64,000 nucleotides of DNA from Mobula hypostoma (taxonomy: Eukaryota), in the NCBI RefSeq assembly GCF_963921235.1, contig NC_086108.1:31250001-31314000 (forward strand). Direction: 5' to 3'. The translations under genes were made by a program, and so were the position numbers. Under the pieces are notes generated by a model, which was not told the DNA's origin, did no database searches, and was given only the letters and a program-made list of their open reading frames with translations. Of this stretch, positions 13,310 to 26,920 are shown piece after piece. Position 1 is the first letter of the stretch, and the number at the start of each line of letters is the position of its first letter.

Positions 13310-14461
13310 CTTTAGGGTTTGTTAAATCTGGCCTTTTAATTATAGAAACATGATTTTCAGACCAGCAGATACATCCACTGCAGATGAAAAAGACCATCAG
13401 ACTTAAAAGTAGAATTAGGTCATTTGGCTAACTTTGGCATAAGAAAGTCCTCCTCATTTCTTTTCTAAAGGGACATCCTTGTATTCTAAGGTTGTGCCCT
13501 TTGGTCCTCAACTCCCTCATCCTCTTAACATCCACTTTTATCTTGGCTTTTCAACTTGCAATATGCACGTTGAATTTAATATTGCATTTAGTATTGCTCT
13601 TCATGTCACTTGGAGGAATGTTACAGTGGACAAATTACCAAGGAATGAAATCAAATTGAAAAATAAGAAAGCAGATTTCCAAAGATCCATAAACCACTTG
13701 AACATCTGATTCTCTTCCCACAGTTGCCACCTGACATGCTGCTTTTCTGTTTCTGTTTTAGACCCAAAGCAGTTTCGCTCCTTGAGGGTAACCTGTTTCA
13801 ACAGCACAGCATTTTGATTTTGTAAATGGTGTAATGAATTTCCAGCCCCCATTGACTACTGCAAGAAAAATTAGGGTAAATTTAGAGTCCTTGAGGACAA
13901 TCAAAAAATGTCCTATAAAATACCTTAAGACCCTAGAGCTCATCCCAACTTCTCAGGAAAATTCGATTAAAACTTGTAATTCCAAATTTAAACTCAAATA
14001 TCTCCCAACATTCCATTTCATGATCAATGAGCCATCAGGAGGCTCAGTACTCAGACTGTGTTATACAGGACTGTTACTTTCTGTGAGATACACTATGGTG
14101 CTGTATCTAATTTGATTGTCTCTCTACCATTCTGTTCCTTTGAAATTGAGTTAGGCAAGACTCCACTGAATTGTGAGTGTTTTCCTCATTAACATTTCAG
14201 TGGAAGTACAGCGCATACTGGAGCAGGGGTTGTGCTACTTAGTCAGTGTTTTGCCAGAAAAAAACGACTGATCTTCCGTGACTTTGTTTCATTCGCGCCT
14301 CCTTTGCTGTATGAACTGACCTTTCCACTTCCTCATTTGAAGCTGGGCGTAAAGGAGAAGTGAAACGAGCTCCATTGCATTTCTCATCATAAATCATTCA
14401 AAGTGATACAGCCTAACATGTGGATCTCTGCCTGGTATGACGTTCTCCGGAAGTCTGTGTG

Positions 14462-14735
14462 CACAAACACACACAAAATGCTGGAGGAATTCAGCAGGTC
14501 AGGCAGCATCTATGGAAATGAATGAACATTCCTTCCATTTCCCCACCTTCTTATTTTGGCATTTTCCCCCTTCTTTCCAAACCTGTTGAAGGGACTCAGC
14601 CTGAAATGTCAAATGTTAATTAGTCATTGTTAATTGTCCTGTAAATAGGCTAGGATTAAAACAGCATTGCTGGGTGGTGTGGCTTGAAGGAGCAGAAGGG
14701 CCTATTCCATACTGTATTTCAAAAATGAAATAAAT
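14462..14735. mobile_element. Penelope-end remnants in both orientations plus a SINE 3' end with CR1-like tail
   Basis: ACACAAAATGCTGGAGGAATTCAGCAGGTCAGGCAGCATC; degraded CTGTTGAAGGG..GAAATGTC; GAAGGGCCTATTCCATACTGTAT tail. Confidence 0.5.
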
Positions 14736-15516
14736 CAGTGAAATCCCATTGTCAAGTACATTAGTCCTAATCAAATGCTAATGACCTTTGGAAAGGTCCA
14801 AAGGGAACTGTTGCCACAAACTTTTCATGTTATATTTCGGAGAAAGAGAAACAAAACCTCATTGATCCACAACTAGTTCACTTTCACTTGACAAAGAAAT
14901 TAAAACCAGGGGACACGCCCACATCTTTGGGGATAAATCAGAGCTAATCTGGAATAACAATATTTCAGTGTAATTGTGGGCAATCTCAAATATTGGTCAA
15001 TTCAGATGCAGATCACATGGGTTTATATGTCAGAACTTAGTGTTCTTGGAATGCAGAACATGAACTATTTGAGTCATGACTTGAATCATAAAATTGTTAT
15101 AGTAGAGAGGAGGCTATTTGACACATTGTGTTGATGCTAACTTCTAATATTGTAATTAGTCCAATCATCCATCATCAATAGATGACTATTGATGAAATTA
15201 GACATCAATCCAACATCCCTGCTCTCCTCTTATGAAAGTACTGGGTGGTTTTGTTTTCACTACCGTTAGAAAGAGTGAATTCAGTTCCTGATTATTCTTG
15301 AAATATAAATAGTTTCCTCACATCCTTTATCACTTTTGCCCTGAATTTTAAAACTGTGGCTCCAATCCTTGAATCATCCTCTAATGGGACACGCGTGTAG
15401 GAGCTTGTGGGAAACGTTACCTCCTTGGGAGAGACAAGTGACAAAACTGGGCTTTTCTTTGATCTCATCTTGTTTTCTGTAGGCTGTCAATAGAAATTAA
15501 TTAATCGATATTTCAA

Positions 15517-16402
15517 AATCAGAATCAGAATCAGGTTTATTATCACTGACATGAAATTTGTTAACTTAGCAGCAGCAGTTCAATGCAATATATGATATAG
15601 AAGAAAAAAAACACAAAATAAAATAATAATAATAATAAATACATAAGTAAATCGATTACAGTATACATATATAGAACAGATTAAATATCTTGCAAAAAAA
15701 CAGAAATACTATATATTTTTGAAAAAGTAAGGTAGTATCCAGGGTTCAATGTCCATTTAGGAACCAGATGGCAGAGGGGAAGAGGCTGTTCCTGAATCAC
15801 TGAGTGTGTGCCTTCAGGCTTCTGTATCTCCTCCCTGATGGTAACAATGAGAAAAGTGCATGCCCTGGGTGCTGGGGGTCCTTAATAATGGATGCTGCCA
15901 TTCTGAGACACCGTTCCTTAAAGATGTCCTGGGTACTTTGTAGGCTAGTACCCAAGATGGAGCCGACTAAATTTACAACCCTCTACTGCTTCTTTTGGTT
16001 CTGTGCAGTAGCCCCCACTCCCAGACCAGACAGTGACGCAGCCTGTCAGAATGCTGTCCATGATACATCTATAGAAGTTTTTGAGTGTATTCGTTGACAT
16101 ACCAAATCCCTTCAAATTCCTAATGAAGTATGGCCGCTGTCTTGCCTTCTTTATAACTGCATCAATATGTTGGGGCAAGGTTAGATCTTCAGAGATCCTT
16201 GTATAAGGATAGGTATGTGTTCCTTCGTCTTACCCTTCTTGTAGTCCACAATCAGCTCTTTCATCTTACTGACGTTGAGAGCCAGGTTGTTGCTGCAACA
16301 CCACTCCAATAGTTGATATATCTCACTCCTCTACGCCCTCTCGTCACCACCTAGGATTCTACCAACAATGGCTGTACTGTCAGCAAATTTATAGATGGCA
16401 TT
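15517..16402 (-). mobile_element. Rex1/Babar-type LINE 3' part
   Basis: HIDAVIKKARQRPYFIRNLKGFGMSTNTLKNFYRCIMDSILTGCVTVW; (CTGATT)n tail at 15517-15535. Confidence 0.8.
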
Positions 16403-16836
16403 TCTTTATATTGTAAGTCTTTACATTGTGCAACAGCCAGTGATGAAAAATTGAGTGGAGACTCCCCTAATCCTTTGCACTCCTCCTATCTTATTCAATT
16501 TGCAATTCCTAAAAAAGGAAAATAGAAGTATCCAGTAATTTATTTCATAGAAAAGAAACTAATGTGCCACAGACTGTATGAATCTAGCTAATTAAGAAAT
16601 ACCTTGATTAAAAAATACCTTTCAGATTGAAGAGTGTGTGGTATCTCAGGTATTTTGTTACATTCCTACACGTTTATTACAATTATATAATAGTCTGTGG
16701 TCTACTAAATGCAGACGTTTACGGCAATGCACCTGGCCACACTGAATGAACAAAGTGATCTAATAAACAAGAGACACAAGTGACTGCAGATACTGGAAAT
16801 TTGAAGCAACATGCAAATTCCAGATGCAAGGTCTTC

Positions 16837-17385
16837 AGAACCAGAATCAGAATCAGATTTAAAATCACCAACATATGTCGTGAAATTTGTTAACTTTGGG
16901 GCAGCAATACAATAAGATACCTGATAAATAAATTTAGAGAAAAAAATGACTCACATTAAGTATATATGTATATATATGTCTATTAAGTAGTTAAGATAAG
17001 TAGTGCAATAAACAGAAATAAAAATTAGTGAGGTAATGTTCATGCGTTCAATGTCCATTTCAAAATTGGATGGAAGAGGGGAAGGAGCTGTTCCTGAATC
17101 ACTGAGTGTGTAGCTTCAGGCTTCCGTACCCCCATCTCGACGGTAACAGTGTGGAGAGGGCATGTCCCAGGTGGTGGGGATTCTTATTGATGGACGCCGC
17201 CATCCTAAGGCACCACTCCTTGAGGATGCCTTGGATACTATGGAGGCTAGTGCACGCGATGGAACTGCATATTTCTGCAACTTATTTGGATCTTGTGCAG
17301 TAACCACCCCCACCCCATACCAGACAGTGATGCAGCCAGTCAGAATGCTCTCCACAGTACCTTTGTAGGAGTTTTCGAGTGCCTT
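16837..17385 (-). mobile_element. Rex1/Babar-type LINE 3' part (second copy)
   Basis: ESILTGCITVWYG motif; (CTGATT)n tail at about 16837-16858; homologous to 15517-16100. Confidence 0.78.
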
Positions 17386-17559
17386 GAATCATCAGCTGTC
17401 AATTTCACTCCATGGAAGCTCCCTGATTTTCTATGTTCCTCCACCACATTAGTGAGTTTGTCTCCCTTCAAATGCTTCTAGAGTACTAGTATGTGACCGT
17501 AAACAATCTTCTAAATAATTGCTGAGATGTGTTACAGATCAGGGTGCGTTTGTATGAGG

Positions 17560-17775
17560 TTTGTTGTTGTTCAGTTGTTAAGTCAAGTCTGACTCTTCGT
17601 GATCTCATAGACCATAGAGTCCATAGGGTTTTCATGGCAAGATACGGAAGAAGATTGCCTGGCCTTTCTGCCATGCAGGTACTGCTGTTGCCCATGTTGG
17701 GACCCGGCTGGGTTTGATCTCAGGACCTTCTGCCTTGAAGCCCAGTGCTGATGCCACTACACCACCAGCCAGCCC
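17560..17775 (-). mobile_element. tRNA-derived SINE with BovB/RTE-like 3' tail
   Basis: A-box TGGTGTAGTGG and B-box-like GAGATCAAACCC; 3' end CTATGAGATCACGAAGAGTCAGACTTGACTTAACAACTGAACAACAACAA. Confidence 0.7.
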
Positions 17776-18155
17776 TTTGCATGAGATATCTGTCTCAAAG
17801 CTTTGCTGAGAAAGAAACAATTTTCAGAATTAAAAATTGCATCCACTTCCAGCAATATATTATACAACATAGAGCAGTACATCTTGGAACAGATGTCTGC
17901 CCAAAATATGCTGACCTTTTCGCTTATTTCACAATCAATCTAATGCTTCCCTCCTACATAGTCCATAACCTTCCATTTTTTTCTTTCATCCATGTGCCTG
18001 TATAAGAATCTCTTAAATGTGTCGAACGTAGTCAGCCTCTACCACCCTCAGCAGTGCTTTTCAGGCCTCAAATCTTTATGGAAAAAAATGTTAGCTTGGG
18101 AAAAGGGGATGGGTTTTTCCACTCTGCCAATGTCTCTTATCATCTTATATACCTC

Positions 18156-18769
18156 GAGTACAGGAGCAGGGAGGTACTACTGCAGTTGTACAAGGCCTTG
18201 GTGAGACCACACCTGGAGTATTGTGTGCAGTTTTGGTCCCCTAATCTGAGGAAAGACATCTTTGCCATAGAGGGAGTACAAAGAAGGTTCACCAGATTGA
18301 TTCCTGGGATGGCAGGTCTTTCATATGAAGAAAGACTGGATGAACTGGGCTTGTACTCGTTGGAATTTAGAAGATTGAGGGGGGATCTGATTGAAACGTA
18401 TAAGATCCTAAAGGGATTGGACAGGCTACATGCGGGAAGATTGTTCCCGATGTTGGGGAGGTCTAGAACGAGGGGTCACAGTTTGAGGATAGAGGGGAAG
18501 CCTTTTAGGACCGAGGTTAGGAAAAACTTCTTCACACAGAGAGTGGTGAATCTGTGGAATTCTCTGCCACAGCAAACTGTTGAGGCCAGTTCATTAGCTA
18601 TGTTTAAAAGGAAGTTAGATATGGCCCTTGTGGCTACAGGGGTCAGGGGGTATGGAGGGAAGGCTGGGTTCTGAGTTGGATGATCAGCCATGATCATAAT
18701 AAATGGCGGTGCAGGCTCGAAGGGCCGAATGGCCTACTCCTGCACCTATTTTCTATGTTTCTATGTTTC
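18156..18769 (+). mobile_element. Short, young 5'-truncated CR1 (family of 2262-4318) nested in an older minus-strand CR1 end (about 17860-18880)
   Basis: Open C-terminal ORF EYRSREVLLQLYKALVRPHLEYCVQFWSP; tail (TTCTATGT)n; 8-bp TSD TATACCTC at 18148-18155 and 18770-18777. Confidence 0.92.
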
Positions 18770-19009
18770 TATACCTCTATCAAGCCACTTCACATCCTTC
18801 ATTGCTCCAGAGAGAAAAGCTCTGGTTCACTCAACCTTTCCTCATAAAACATTCTCTAAACCAGGCAGCATTCTGAAAAGCAGGAGTAAATCAGCAGATG
18901 CTGAAAATCCAAGCAACACGCACAAAGTGCTGGAGGAAGTCAGCAGGCCAGGCAGCATCTGTGGAAGAGAGTATAGTCGACATTTCAGACTGAGACTCTT
19001 CATCGTAGG

Positions 19010-19925
19010 ACCATGAGACTTAGGAGCAGATTAGGCCATTCAGCCCATCGAGTCTGCTCCGCCATTCCATTATAGCTGATGCCAGATCCCACTCAACCCA
19101 CATCTGCCTTCTTGCCATATCCTTTGGTGCCCTGACTGATCAGGAAACGATCAATGTCCACCTTAAATATACCCATGGGCTTGGCCTTCACTGCAGTCTG
19201 TGGCAGAGCATTCCACAGATTCACTGCCCTCTGGCTAAAAAAAATTCCTCCTTAACTCTGTTCTAAAAGGTCAACACTCAATTTTGAGGCTGTGCCCTCT
19301 AGTTCTGGATAACCCCACCATAGGAAGCATCCTCTCCACATTCACCTTATCCAGCTTTTTCAACATTCGGTAGGTTTCAATGAGATCCGATCACATTTTT
19401 GTAAATTCCTGTGAGTACAGTCCCAAAACTGCCAAACTCTCCTCATATTTCAGCCCCTCCACTCCAGGAATCATCCTCGTGAACCCCCTCCGGTCTCTCG
19501 CCAATGACAGCACATCTTTTCTGAGATATGTGGCCCAAAACTGTTGACAATACTCCAGCATTCTAATAAATCTTCTCTGCACCTGCTCTAAAGCTTCCAC
19601 ATCCTTCCTATAATGAAGCAACCAGAACTGAGCACAATACTCCAAAAATGATCTAGCCAGAATTAAAAAGTTCTGCTGCAACATTCCTGTGTGGCCCTTG
19701 AACTTAATCCCCTAACTAATGAAGGTCAGCACATCATTCGACTTCCTAACCATCCTAACAGCTTGGTGGCAACTTTGAGGGATCTATAGACTTGGAGCAC
19801 AAGATCGCTCTATTTCTTCACACTGCTAATAATCCTGCCATTAACTTCATATTTTGCCTTCAAGTTTGACCTTCCAAAATGTATTACTTCATACTTTTCC
19901 AGATGAAGCTCCATCTGCCACAAGA
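19010..19925 (-). mobile_element. CR1 3' fragments (two joined pieces)
   Basis: LEYCAQFW, LEYCQQFWATYLRKD, WQMELHLEKYEVIHFGR; CR1 3' UTR at 19010-19100. Confidence 0.8.
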
Positions 19926-20577
19926 TAGCAGCAAAGCTGGGAATAAATGTAACTTGGAAAGAATAGTAGGTAGGTGGGGGGAAACTCAAGGCAGAGAAAT
20001 ATATCAATACGAGAGTATGCACAGCAGAAATTCCAACTTCAATTGTATGTCACGTTTAATGCTAAGTCTCTATCTTTAAATTTACTTGAGAAAACATATC
20101 AAAATGACTGGAAAGTATATCACTGCTTCTGTTGTTGCAGGGTTTAAGTACTGTGGCTGGGGCTTCCCCAGAATGACTCAGTTGTTTAAGAAGGAGGCTT
20201 GCTACTATCTACCCAAGGGAAAATAGGGATGAACAATAAGTTTTGCCTTTGTCAGCTGTGATCAGATCACGATAATGAATAAGGGGAAAAAAAATCCATG
20301 ACAGAGGGTTTTGCAACTTCATTAAGTTTCTGGTCATTGTTTTCAGTGTTTTCAACTTTGTTCACCCATTGAATAAGCTTCAACGCAGACTTTTTCTCTT
20401 TTCTCCCAGAGCAACCTCTCATTTAAAGACTGGGTAAGGAAGCTACAGCTGTATATCACTGTAAGTGGTTAGGTTGAATAATGCATGACCTAGCAGGTTG
20501 ATACAGATGCAGGGACTGCTAGCTTGGATCACAATGATGTTTCTTTCCCTTCCCTTCACGTGCTCTAGGCGTTAGCT

Positions 20578-21010
20578 GCAGCTCAGTTGCGGGATCCTTA
20601 CTTTTAATTCAGAAGGTTTTTGGACTTGAGCACATTGGTTAGATGAATACTTCAGTACAGTAAAGTGAAATTGAAAAGGCTGGAAGTGCTCAGCTGGCTG
20701 GTTATTAAAAAGGGGTTAATGGGTCAGACTCATCTGTCATTGTTCTGAAACATTAACCCTATTTCCCTTTCTATACCCATAGGTGCTGCCAGATCTGTGT
20801 TTTCAATTTATTTTCCAATTATAGTCATAGTCATACTTTATTGCTCACCTCTGTAGTATTTTACTTTTTGGCTTTGGGATAGTACTTGTGGGAGTGTCAA
20901 AGTGCCATTCCTTTTAGATGAAAGATTAAACTGAGGCATAATCTTCCATCTTAAGAATGCAATGCATTGCAGGCACTACTGGAGACTACTGATATCCATC
21001 CCTCAACTGA
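20578..21010 (+). mobile_element. Degraded Deu-domain SINE (SacSINE1/AmnSINE-like), split by a Penelope-end fragment
   Basis: Blocks GACTTGAGCACA, CAGTACAGTA, GGGAGTG..GTGCCATTCCTTTTAGATGAAAGATTAAACTGAGG and ATCCCTCAAC resemble my recollection of the Deu-SINE core. Confidence 0.5.
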
Positions 21011-21019
21011 GTCTGCGGA

Positions 21020-21840
21020 TTGTAGAATCAGTTCAGAGTTGTAGTGAGTTAGCCATGCTGGTTTAGGAGCCTAATTGGTGTAGTGTACAAACTGTTCTTG
21101 AACCTCACTAAGTCTTCCATAGCTCCTGCCCAATGGCAGTAGCAAGAAGGGAGCATGGCCTGAATGGTGGGGGTCCTTGAAGATTGGTGCTGTTTTCCTG
21201 CAGCAGTGCTTCATGGTGGGGGAGGGCTAGACTGAGCTGTAGCCACCATTTATTCTAGACTCCTTTTATTGGTGGGCATCGGTATTTGTACATCAGACTG
21301 TGATGCAACCAGTCAGTATTATATCCACTGTGCATCTATAGAAGCCTGAAAAATCTTTGTTGATGTGCCGAATCGATGCAAACTTTGAAGAGGTAGAGAT
21401 GCTGTCATGCCTTCTTTGTGATGGCACTTATGTGCAGATCTTCCGATACGGTATAAACAAGGAAATTGAAGTTGCCAACGTTCGCCTCTTCGAATCCCCA
21501 ATTAGGACTGGCCTATGGGCCTCTGGTTTCCTCCTCCTGTAGAGAATAATCAGTTCTTTGTTCTTGCGGCACTATTCAACTAGATTTTATACGTAAAAAA
21601 CAAGCAGAGAAGACAGCTAAGCATACAGATTTGCAGTGGGCCTGTGCTGATGGTGAGTATGAGGAAATGTTGCAGTCAATCCATACTACAAGTGAGGAAG
21701 TCAAGGATCCAGTTGCACAAAGAGGTATCAAGGCCTGGATCCTGGAGCTTAGTGATGAGTTTCAAGGACAGGATAGTACTGAATGCTGAGCTGTAGTCAG
21801 TGAAGAGCATCCTGATGAATGCATCTTCATTGTCCAGGCA
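21020..21840 (-). mobile_element. Degraded Rex1/Babar-type LINE fragments
   Basis: Similar to 15780-16400 (CTGTTCTTGAACCT, GGGGTCCTTGA, CTGTGATGCAACCAGTCAG). Confidence 0.6.
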
Positions 21841-22254
21841 ACAGGCAAAACACTCTTTTGCATAGTTTTAACCTTCAGAAATATATACAAAATACGCATG
21901 GGTATATTTTCAGATCCCTGTGCCTGAGGTGTCAGCTTAATCCAAGTGCAGAGATAAGCAATTACATCAAGTCTCTATACCCATGGGAATTTCTGTAGGT
22001 TCTCTAGTAGAACAATTTCACCCTGTACCTGTAGTGGATAGTCTGCATAGTCAGCACAATAAGCAGGGATGGATGCTTCCCGACTGGTTCCATGTTTTTT
22101 TGTAACTGATCATGGAGTCAGTTTGTTGAGGTAGATAGCTTGCCATTCTTTCTCATGGACCTCCACACTGATTCCTGTTTGCAAGTCTCCACAGCCCACT
22201 TGCTCACCCCAGTGGAAACCCACGGCACTTTTACTCCTGCTCCCCATACATGAA

Positions 22255-25187
22255 ATGAGGTGAACAGCCAGAGGTCATGGTATATATTGGTACCAATGAC
22301 ATAGGTAGGAAAACAAACTACAGGGAATTAGGAAAGAAGCTGAGAAGCAGGACCACAAGGGTAGTAATCTCAGAATTACTGCCTGTGCCACGCGACAATG
22401 AGTATAGGAATAGAGTGAGGTGGAGGATAAAAGTAAAGCTGAGAGATTGGATCAGGGGTCAGGGATTCAGATTTCTGGATCATTGGGACCTCTTTTGGGG
22501 CAGGTATGACCTGTACAATAAGGATAGGTTGCACTTGAATCCAAGGGGGACCAATATCCTGGCAGGGAGGTTTGCTAAGCCTATTGGGGAGAGTTTAAAC
22601 TAGAATTGCTGGGGGGGGTGGGACCCAAACTGTCGAGCCGGATGAAGGGGCGGTTGTCTCACAAAAAGAAAAAGCTTGTGAGCGGGTGGACAGGCGGGTG
22701 ATAGAGAAGATGATGGTTTGAGATGTGTCTATTTTAATGCAAGGAGTATCATGAACAAAGCAGATAGGCTTAGAGCGTGGATCAGTACTTGGAGATATCA
22801 TATTGTGGCCATTACAGAGACTTGGATGGCTCAGGGGCAGGAATGGCTACTTAGAGTGCCAGGCTTTAGATATTTCAGAAAGGACGGGGGGGGTGGGGGG
22901 GTGGCAAAAGAGGTGGGGGTGTGGCACTGCTGATCACAGATAGTGTTACACCTGCAGAAAAGGAGGAAGTCACGGAGGGATTATCAACTGAGTCTCTGTG
23001 GGTGGGTTAGAGAGAGGAAGGGGTCAATAACTCTACTGGTCGTTTTTTACAGATCACCCAATAATAACAAGGACATCAAAGAGCAGATAGGGAGACAGAT
23101 TCTGGAAAGGTGTAAGAGTAACAGGGTTGTTGTGGTGGGAAATTTTAACTTCCCAAATATTGATTGGCATCTCCCTAGAGTAAGGGGTTTAGACGGGGTG
23201 GAGTTTGGTAGGTGTGTTCAGGAAGGTTTCCTGACACAATATGTAGATAAGCCTACAAGAGGAGAGGCTGTACTTGATCTGGTCAGGTGTCAGGTCTGTC
23301 AGTGGGAGAGCATTTTGGAGATAGTGATCACTTCTATCTCCTTTACCATAGCCTAGGAGCAGACAAGTTAGGAAAGCGTTTAATTGGAGTAAGGGGAAAT
23401 ATGAGGCTATCAGGCAGGAACTTGGACGTATAAATTGGGAATAGATGTTCCCAAGGAAGTATACGGAAGAAATATGGCAAATGTTCAAGGGATATTTGCG
23501 TGGCATTCTGCATAGGTACATTTCACTGAGACGGGGAAAGGACGATAGGGTACAGGAACCATGGTGTATAAAAGCTGTTGAAAATCTAGTCAAGAAGAAA
23601 AGAAAAGCTTACCAAAGGTTAAAAAAAAACAGGTAATAATAGAGATCTAGAAAATTATAAAGCTAGCAGAAAGGACTTAAGAATGAAATTAGGAGGGCCA
23701 GAAGGGGCCATGAGAAGGCCTTGGCAAGCAGGATTAAGGAAATCCTCAAGGAATTCTACAAGTATGTGAAGAGCAAGAGGGTAAGATGTGAGCGAACAGG
23801 ACTAATCAAGTGTGATAGTGGGAAAGTGTGTATGGAACCAGAGGAGGTAGCAGCAGTACTTAATGAGTACTTTACTTCAGTATTCACTATGGAAAAGGAC
23901 CTTGGCGATTGTAGAAATGACTTACAGTGGACTGAAAAGCTTGATTATATAGGCATTAAGGCATTGGAAAGCATCAAGTAGGATAAGTCACCCAGACCAG
24001 ACGAAATATATCCCAGGCTACCGTGGGAGGTGAGGGAGGAGATTGTTGAGCTTCTGGCAATGATCTTTGCATCATCAATGGGGATGGGAGAGATTCCAGA
24101 GGATTGGAGGGTTGCCGATGTTGTTCCCTTATTCAAGAAAGGGAGTAGAGGTAGCCAAGGAAATTAGAGATCAATGAGACTTTCTTCAGTGGTTAGTAAG
24201 TTGATGGAGAAGATCCTGAGAGGCAGGATTTATGAACATTTGGAAAGGCATAATATGATTAGGAATAGTCAGCATAGCTTTGTCAAAGGTAGGTCGTGCC
24301 TTATAAGCCTGATTGAATTTTTTGAGGATGTGACTAAACACGTTGATGAAGGAAGAGCGGTAGCTGTAGCGTATATGGATTTCAGCAAGGCATTTGATAA
24401 GTTACCCCATGCAAGGCTTATTGAGAAAGCAAGGAGGCATGGGATCCAAGGGGACCTTGCTTTGTGGATCGAGAATTGGCTTGTCCACAGAAGGCAAAGA
24501 GTGGTTGTAGAGCATAGGGTACTCAAAGCTACTGCACAGGTTGAATGTGTGGCTGAGAAAGCATACTGTGTATTGGTCTTCATCAACCGTGGGATTGAGT
24601 TCAAGAGCCAAGAGGTAATGATGCAGGTATATAGGAACCTACACTTGGAGTACTGTGTTCAGTTCTGGTCACCTTACTACAGGAAAGATGTGGAAACTAT
24701 AGAAATGGTGCAGAGGAGATTTACAAAGATGATGCCTGGATTGGAGAGCATGCCTTATGAGAATAGGTTGAGTGAACTTGGCCTTTTCTCCTTGAAGCAA
24801 CGGAGGATGAGAGGTGACTTGATAGAGGTGTACAAGATGATGAGCGACATTGATCGTGTGGATAGTCAGAAGCTTTTTTCCAGGGCTGAAATGGCTGACA
24901 TGAAAGGGTACAGTTTTAAGGTGCTTTGGAGGTAAGTACAGAGAGATGTCAGGTGTAAGTTTTTTACGCAGAGAGTGATGAGTGCATGGAATGGGCTGCC
25001 GGTGACGATGGTGCAGGTAGATACAATAAGGGCTTTTAAGAGACTCTTGGATAGGTCCATTGAGCTTGGAAAAATAGAGGGCTATGGGTAACTATAGGTA
25101 ATTTGTAAACTAAATACATGTTTGGCAGGGCATTGTGGGCCAAAGGGCCTACATTTTGTTTGTAAGTTTTCTATGCTTTCTATGTTT
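22255..25187 (+). mobile_element. CR1 LINE with ORF1 esterase remnant and ORF2 (APE + RT), internal deletion near 24510
   Basis: VYIGTNDIG..DRLHLN (SGNH esterase); CVYFNARSI, VAITETW, GNFNFP (APE); RT jumps from RQRVVVE to the C-terminal region, so PQGS and FADD are missing; tail TTCTATG repeats. Confidence 0.92.
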
Positions 25188-26224
25188 CCCAGCTACCCAT
25201 CCAACTCAATTTTTCTTTTAAACCAACCCAAGTGCATTCTGTGAAATGACAATTCCAACTTCCTAACTTCACAGGGACTATTATGTTCCACAACACTATT
25301 TCGACATCACTTTACTCTCTTCGTGCAAAATGTTTCTGTCAAGACGGCAGCTGTAACTTTCTGAGAATAAGAAGTTATCGGTTATAATGCAAAATATGAG
25401 TTTGCTTTGTTATGAGAAAAAGGTTTCTGTTGATGGTGTTCAAATGTGTAACATTATTCTGTGGTCTGCTTGCATGCATACTTACACCTTTTTTGTTAAA
25501 AACAGGCATCACTTTTCCTATGCCCTCAGCAATCCCAGTATACATTCTAGCTGGAATACAAAAAGTCAGAGGCACAAATTCCCCCAAAATTTTGAGTGTT
25601 ACATTTTAATGAATATATAATTAATTGTATATGATCTTTTCTGGTAAAGAATAAATTAGTACTGGATCAAGAGAAAGTTAAGCTTCAGTACCACATATTG
25701 CATATTGAGTTGAACAAATTAATTTTCTAAAAAGAAATGATTGTTACTTCTACAGACTACCCCTGGCATTAATGGGGGGAAAAAAAGTACATGACTCTAT
25801 GATTTTAAGAGAATTTGAACTCTCTGCTGTATTAGTCTTTGTCATTGTTGGAATGGGTAATGCATGGAATTTTAATGAGTCACTGCTATAGTTAGCCTGC
25901 CTTTGACAAGATATAACTTGAAACTGATATCATGTGCTTACATATTATGGTCAAAAGGAGGTTATTCAACTCATTGAACTCAGTGAAATCATTCTTCTCA
26001 TAAACCTGTCCCCCTGCCATTTATAGCTTTTGTTTATTTCTCTTTTATTCCTTTACCACTAAGTGGTAGCTTACAGCAATCAATTTACATGCAGCACCTT
26101 TTTGGCATGGAGCATTGAGTCATACAACACAGAAACCGGCCCTTTCGCCTAAATGTGTTACGCCAACTAAGATCCCTATCTTAATCTAGTTCCAGTTACC
26201 CGGCCTGGCCCACACCCTTCTTAA

Positions 26225-26920
26225 CAATGTTGCTGAGCAGAGAGATCTTGGGGTCCAAGTTCATAGTTCCATGAAAGTGGTTACACATCTCGATGGGGTG
26301 GTTGAAAGGCTGATGGAATGCTTGCTTTAAACAGTCAAGGCATTAAGTTGAAAAATCAAGAGGTTATGTTGCACCTTTATAAACATCTGGTTAGGCCACA
26401 GCTGCAGTATTGCATACAGTTCCGGTCACCCACTGTGGGAAGAATGTTGAGGTTTTGGAGAGGGTGCAGAAGAATTTTGCCAGAATGCTGCCTGGTTTTG
26501 ACGGCATGTGCTATCATAAGAGGCTGAAGAAACTTGGGTTGTATTCTTCGGTGTGGCAGAGGCTGAGGGGAGATCTGTTAGAGGTTTATACGATTGTGAG
26601 AAGCTTAGATTGAGTAGACAGGGAGTATCGTTTTCTCTGGGTAGAAATGTCCAGTACCAGAGGGCATGCATTGAAGGTGAGAGGGGTTAGGTTCAAAGGA
26701 GATGTGAGGGGTAAGTTTTCATGGGTGCCTGGTATGGTTGTAGAGGCAAATGCATTAGAAAGGATTTTAAGATATAATGGATAGGCATTTGGATGTGGAC
26801 ATTGGGTAGGTAAGAGGGATTAGTTTTTGGGGGTTATGATTTATATTTTAGCTAGTTCAGCGCAACATCGTAGGCTGAAGAGCCCACTTTTGTGCTGCAA
26901 TATTCTATGTTTTATGTTCT
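26225..26920 (+). mobile_element. CR1 3' fragment (duplicated at about 53290-53985)
   Basis: LYKHLVRPQLQYCIQF, LERVQKNFARMLPG; TTCTATGT tail. Confidence 0.85.

Noticed and set aside
15245..15290. RSS nonamer GGTTTTTGT
   Set aside because: No CACTGTG heptamer at 12 or 23 bp.
15945..16178. Host gene exon (ALKBH8 N-terminal/DUF1891-like)
   Set aside because: The motif belongs to Rex/Babar-type LINE C-termini; it is multi-copy here, disrupted and followed by a LINE tail.
17700..17775. tRNA gene
   Set aside because: The cloverleaf is degenerate and continues into a SINE body and LINE-like tail.
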